This document shows, piece after piece, positions 60,829-64,000 of a stretch of DNA of 64,000 nt. Where the stretch lies: contig JBEKSS010000007.1 in NCBI GenBank assembly GCA_049516875.1, forward strand, positions 1 through 64,000. The letters are read 5' to 3'. How positions within the stretch are numbered: position 1 is the first letter of the stretch; the number at the start of each line of letters is the position of its first letter. Under the pieces are notes generated by a model. The model was given only the letters and a program-made list of their open reading frames with translations, did not search any database and was not told where the DNA came from. Position numbers and translations under genes: made by a program. This DNA is from Candidatus Bathyarchaeia archaeon. Lineage in GTDB: Archaea; Thermoproteota; Bathyarchaeia; Bathyarchaeales; Bathycorpusculaceae.

Positions 60829-61455
60829 TTAAAAATGTATTGACTTGCGAGCCGAAAAAGCTCTGACTAATCCTCTCCTTATTGCTTTCAAAATTTCGTC
60901 GATGTTCAGCGAGGCTTCGATCTCGGTGTAAACACTCCATAAGTCTTCGATGTTATGGGCGTCGCTCCCAGCAACGCCAGGCAAGCCAGTTTCCCTGACG
61001 AGGTTTTCTGCAAGTTTGTTAAGGTTAGATTCTGTGCCGCCGTTCAGGACTTCAATGGCGTCAACAGGGTAGTTCTTTGCCAGGCTTCCTAAACCGTACT
61101 CTCTGTACGGGTGGGCAACGATGACTACGCCGTCTCTCTCCTTCGAAAAATCAATCACGTTTTTGACGTTCCACGGCTTAGGTGGCAGTTCAGTTATGCC
61201 CAAGACTATCAAATCCCCTTCAGGCGTCGTTATTTCCACGCCGGGAATTATTAGAACATCCTTATACGCAGAGGCCAGTTCCAGCACCTTGAAATAGCCT
61301 TCTACTCTGTCATGGTCGGTTATCGCAACAGCTTTGATGGTTGGGTGCGAATAGAGTTGCTCGACGAGCGTCTTCGGGTTTATTGATGAATCGGATGAGT
61401 ATTTTGTGTGAATGTGCAAATCAGCTTGGATCAAGATTTTTTGTTGTCTCCTCAC
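60829..61455 (-). CDS. PHP-domain phosphoesterase
   Basis: DLHIHT, ITDHD, AHP, GSDAH. Confidence 0.92.
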   Translation of the reverse strand: MRRQQKILIQADLHIHTKYSSDSSINPKTLVEQLYSHPTIKAVAITDHDRVEGYFKVLELASAYKDVLIIPGVEITTPEGDLIVLGITELPPKPWNVKNVIDFSKERDGVVIVAHPYREYGLGSLAKNYPVDAIEVLNGGTESNLNKLAENLVRETGLPGVAGSDAHNIEDLWSVYTEIEASLNIDEILKAIRRGLVRAFSARKSIHF

Positions 61456-63053
61456 AGAATATCCTTCAAATCAGCTAGCAGGTTCGTTTTCTGTTTTTTT
61501 CTAGTGTTGATGCATTTGAATTTGATTTTCTTACGCGTGCAGGCTTTTCTGCACCCATTAAGAATAGATTTTCCCCAGTTTTCGGGGTCGTTAAGGAGCA
61601 CAACTGTTTCATAGCTTGTGCGGCTTATGTAGTCAGCGAGCTGAGTTGCCACGTATTCTGATGTTTCCTTGTCAGCCGTGAGAACAGTTTCATGTTGCGA
61701 AAGCGGATAAACCTCGTCAAGCTCGTTTGGAACGACGCCGAATGGAGCACTGTAAAAACACGCGTGAAACCTGCCCGAACTTTCTAGCGAGCGGAGCTGT
61801 CCTGCAATATCTGTGAAGACCTTTGATTTGTGAAACGGTTTTCTTCGTGTTTGAGGCACCAGCAGGAGAATTTTCGCTTCCCTAGGAGGGATGTACCTTT
61901 CAGCCAACCTCTTTCTATGTCGCACGATTTCTGGTCGCGCAAGTCCGACGGAACCGAAGAAGAACAGTCCACTGTTTTTTACGGCTGAGTCGTGTTTCTC
62001 AATGTAATCCTCGTATTTCTTTAGCCTTTTCACTGCTTGAAACAACGCTGGATGTCCGTGTGCTCGCATTTCGAGGTGTTCCCACATCCTGCCGTCTCTT
62101 ATGGCCTGCTTTATGCGTTTCAACTCGGCTGAACAAGTGTAGAGGTTGTGTTCAGCGAGGAAGGCCTGGGCTTCTTTTGGCGGCATTTCCATTACTTGTT
62201 TCGGAGCTGTTCTTGCGCATTTTGGGCAAGTGCATGGAAAGTAATCGAGTTCGTTCAGTCTGGAGGTGCCTGTTTCAGTCATGTAGCGACCTTCCTTGGC
62301 GTACAACGAATAAGCTGCCGAGTCGAAAAAGTCGCATCCCAAGGCTACGGCTAATGCGAACATGAAAGGATGTCCAGCGCCGAAAAGATGAAGCGGTTTT
62401 TCAGTGGGCAAGTTCATTTTTGCAGTCATTATCATATCCACTAGGACGTCGAAACGATAGCGCTCCATGACTTCAGTCGGGCTTCCTAAGGCATGTATTT
62501 GGAAGGGCAGCTTGCCCATTTCTTTCGCGGACTTGGCCACGAGGTTCAGGTATTTTCCACCCTGCACCGGACCTACCCAAAGGATGTCGTCTCTTGCTTT
62601 AAACGCAAGAAATTCCTTCGCTCGTTTGAGCGTTTCAGCAACTGTCTTTCGTGCACAGTTTTCCGTAACTTCCCAGCCCGTCGGAATGTCAAGTATCGTT
62701 GCAATGTCCGAACCTATCTGCTCCTGATACTCTACAATCTCTTTCGGGGTTACTTCTATGTCGCCATAAACGAGAATCTGGTAGGCGCCGGAATCAGTCA
62801 TTATGGTACCGTCGAAATCTAGGAAGCTGTGCAAACCATTCTTGGCTGGTTGGTTCTCCGCATGCTTCTTCAAAATATACGCGTTGGTTATCAACGCCTC
62901 AAAACCAAATTCTTCCCTGATATTTCTTGGAGAAATGGGCTGTACGATAGGGTTTATGACTGGGAAAAGAAGAGGCGTCTCCAACGTTCCACTCTTGGTT
63001 CGCAGTTTTCCAATTCTTGCAAGCAAGTCTTTTTCTTTTATCTCAAAGGACAT
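61452..63053 (-). CDS. tgtA: Archaeosine tRNA-guanine(15) transglycosylase
   Basis: Start MSFEIKEKDLLARIG; MTDSGAYQ, HLFGAGHP, FDSAAY, C.C..C. Confidence 0.95.
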   Translation of the reverse strand: MSFEIKEKDLLARIGKLRTKSGTLETPLLFPVINPIVQPISPRNIREEFGFEALITNAYILKKHAENQPAKNGLHSFLDFDGTIMTDSGAYQILVYGDIEVTPKEIVEYQEQIGSDIATILDIPTGWEVTENCARKTVAETLKRAKEFLAFKARDDILWVGPVQGGKYLNLVAKSAKEMGKLPFQIHALGSPTEVMERYRFDVLVDMIMTAKMNLPTEKPLHLFGAGHPFMFALAVALGCDFFDSAAYSLYAKEGRYMTETGTSRLNELDYFPCTCPKCARTAPKQVMEMPPKEAQAFLAEHNLYTCSAELKRIKQAIRDGRMWEHLEMRAHGHPALFQAVKRLKKYEDYIEKHDSAVKNSGLFFFGSVGLARPEIVRHRKRLAERYIPPREAKILLLVPQTRRKPFHKSKVFTDIAGQLRSLESSGRFHACFYSAPFGVVPNELDEVYPLSQHETVLTADKETSEYVATQLADYISRTSYETVVLLNDPENWGKSILNGCRKACTRKKIKFKCINTRKKQKTNLLADLKDIL

Positions 63054-63139
63054 CGTCAAACTCAGAAAAGAGAAAAACAAACACACATATAAAAAACATT
63101 CACTAGATAATGACAACCAAATGAACGCAGGGTCTGGAC

Positions 63140-64000
63140 ATGAGTCTGAGAAAGATTGTAAAAGAAGAGCTTTCTGGAAGCATCGCCAAATCGTATGTGG
63201 CACAAATCTCCCGTTTCCACAGGGTTCAAGCCTCAACGATGTTTCATGAAGCCGCAGAATACGTGAAGAGCGAACTTCTGAAAATAGGTCTGAAGGACGC
63301 CGCGATAGAACAGTTTCCGGCTGATGGAGCAAAGAAATATTGGACCTACACATCCCCCGTAGGCTGGACAGTGAAAAGTGCTGAACTTCGACTCGTAGAG
63401 CCTGAAGAAAAGCTCTTGGCCTCCTATGAAGACATACCTCAGAGTCTGCACACCTACAGTAGCGCAACACCTTCAGAAGGCGTCACAGCCGAGCTTGTTG
63501 ACGTCGGCGTCGGAACTAAGCCGGCCAATTATGAGGGAAAAGACGTGAAAGGCAAATTTGTCCTGGCCACAGGCAGGGCCAAATCTGTTCATGAACAGGC
63601 CGTTTACAAGTATGGGGCTGCTGGTGTAATCACGGACACGGTGACTCTCGAAATACCAAACGTCCGCGAAAGCTTGGACATCCCTGACGCTCACGCGTAT
63701 CAGTCTATATGGCCCACCGCAGAAGAACTGGTCAAGGTCACATTTGGCTTCTCTCTGAGCAAACGTCAAGGAAACCAGTTGCGAGCTTTGCTTGAAGGCG
63801 GAAAAGCAGTGAAACTCAAGGCAAAAGTGGATGCTCGGCTGTTTGCTGGCAACTTGGACGTGGTCACAGCAACTATACCCGGCGGGTCAAAGCCGAACGA
63901 AGAAGTGTTCTTGGTTGCTCATCTTTGTCACCCCAAACCCAGTGCCAACGATAATGCTTCTGGTAGCGGTTTACTCTTGGAGATTTCCAGAACAATCAAT
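63140..64000 (+). CDS. DUF4910 / M28-like aminopeptidase (partial, runs off window)
   Basis: MSLRKIVKEELSG...FHRVQAS...AHLCHPKPSANDNASG; open to window end. Confidence 0.85.
   Translation, partial: MSLRKIVKEELSGSIAKSYVAQISRFHRVQASTMFHEAAEYVKSELLKIGLKDAAIEQFPADGAKKYWTYTSPVGWTVKSAELRLVEPEEKLLASYEDIPQSLHTYSSATPSEGVTAELVDVGVGTKPANYEGKDVKGKFVLATGRAKSVHEQAVYKYGAAGVITDTVTLEIPNVRESLDIPDAHAYQSIWPTAEELVKVTFGFSLSKRQGNQLRALLEGGKAVKLKAKVDARLFAGNLDVVTATIPGGSKPNEEVFLVAHLCHPKPSANDNASGSGLLLEISRTIN

Noticed and set aside
63054-63470. N-terminal extension of TgtA
   Set aside because: It overlaps the + strand DUF4910 gene; family similarity starts at MSFEIKE.

Overview
Archaeal chromosome segment, most likely Bathyarchaeia. 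This is inferred from TBP, L10e, L38e, Dph2, TgtA, a BHB-intron tRNA, a complete cooC-cooC-cdhABCDE CODH/ACS operon and typical DUF4760/GNAT/Lrp accessory genes. Positions ~41-64 kb are core-like (CODH/ACS, LonC-type protease, CooT, presenilin-archaemetzincin-betaCASP-PHP-tgtA). Positions ~0-40 kb are a mosaic of single accessory genes, gene fragments and pseudogenes. The strongest unexplained signal is a set of perfect (GC)n tracts. By eye I count 16 runs of >=8 nt, against <1 expected by chance, and none in the core half. They sit at gene and cassette boundaries, join unrelated gene fragments, and flank both an intact-looking DDE insertion sequence and a related MITE. Other notable items are a tRNA-Ser with an apparent intron at the unusual position 8/9, an IS6-like passenger element that seems to have moved using a cryptic end inside its own transposase gene, an SSV-type split-integrase remnant at tRNA-Val, and a non-coding repeat seen in both empty and gene-filled states. 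All calls come from reading the sequence; no database search was run.
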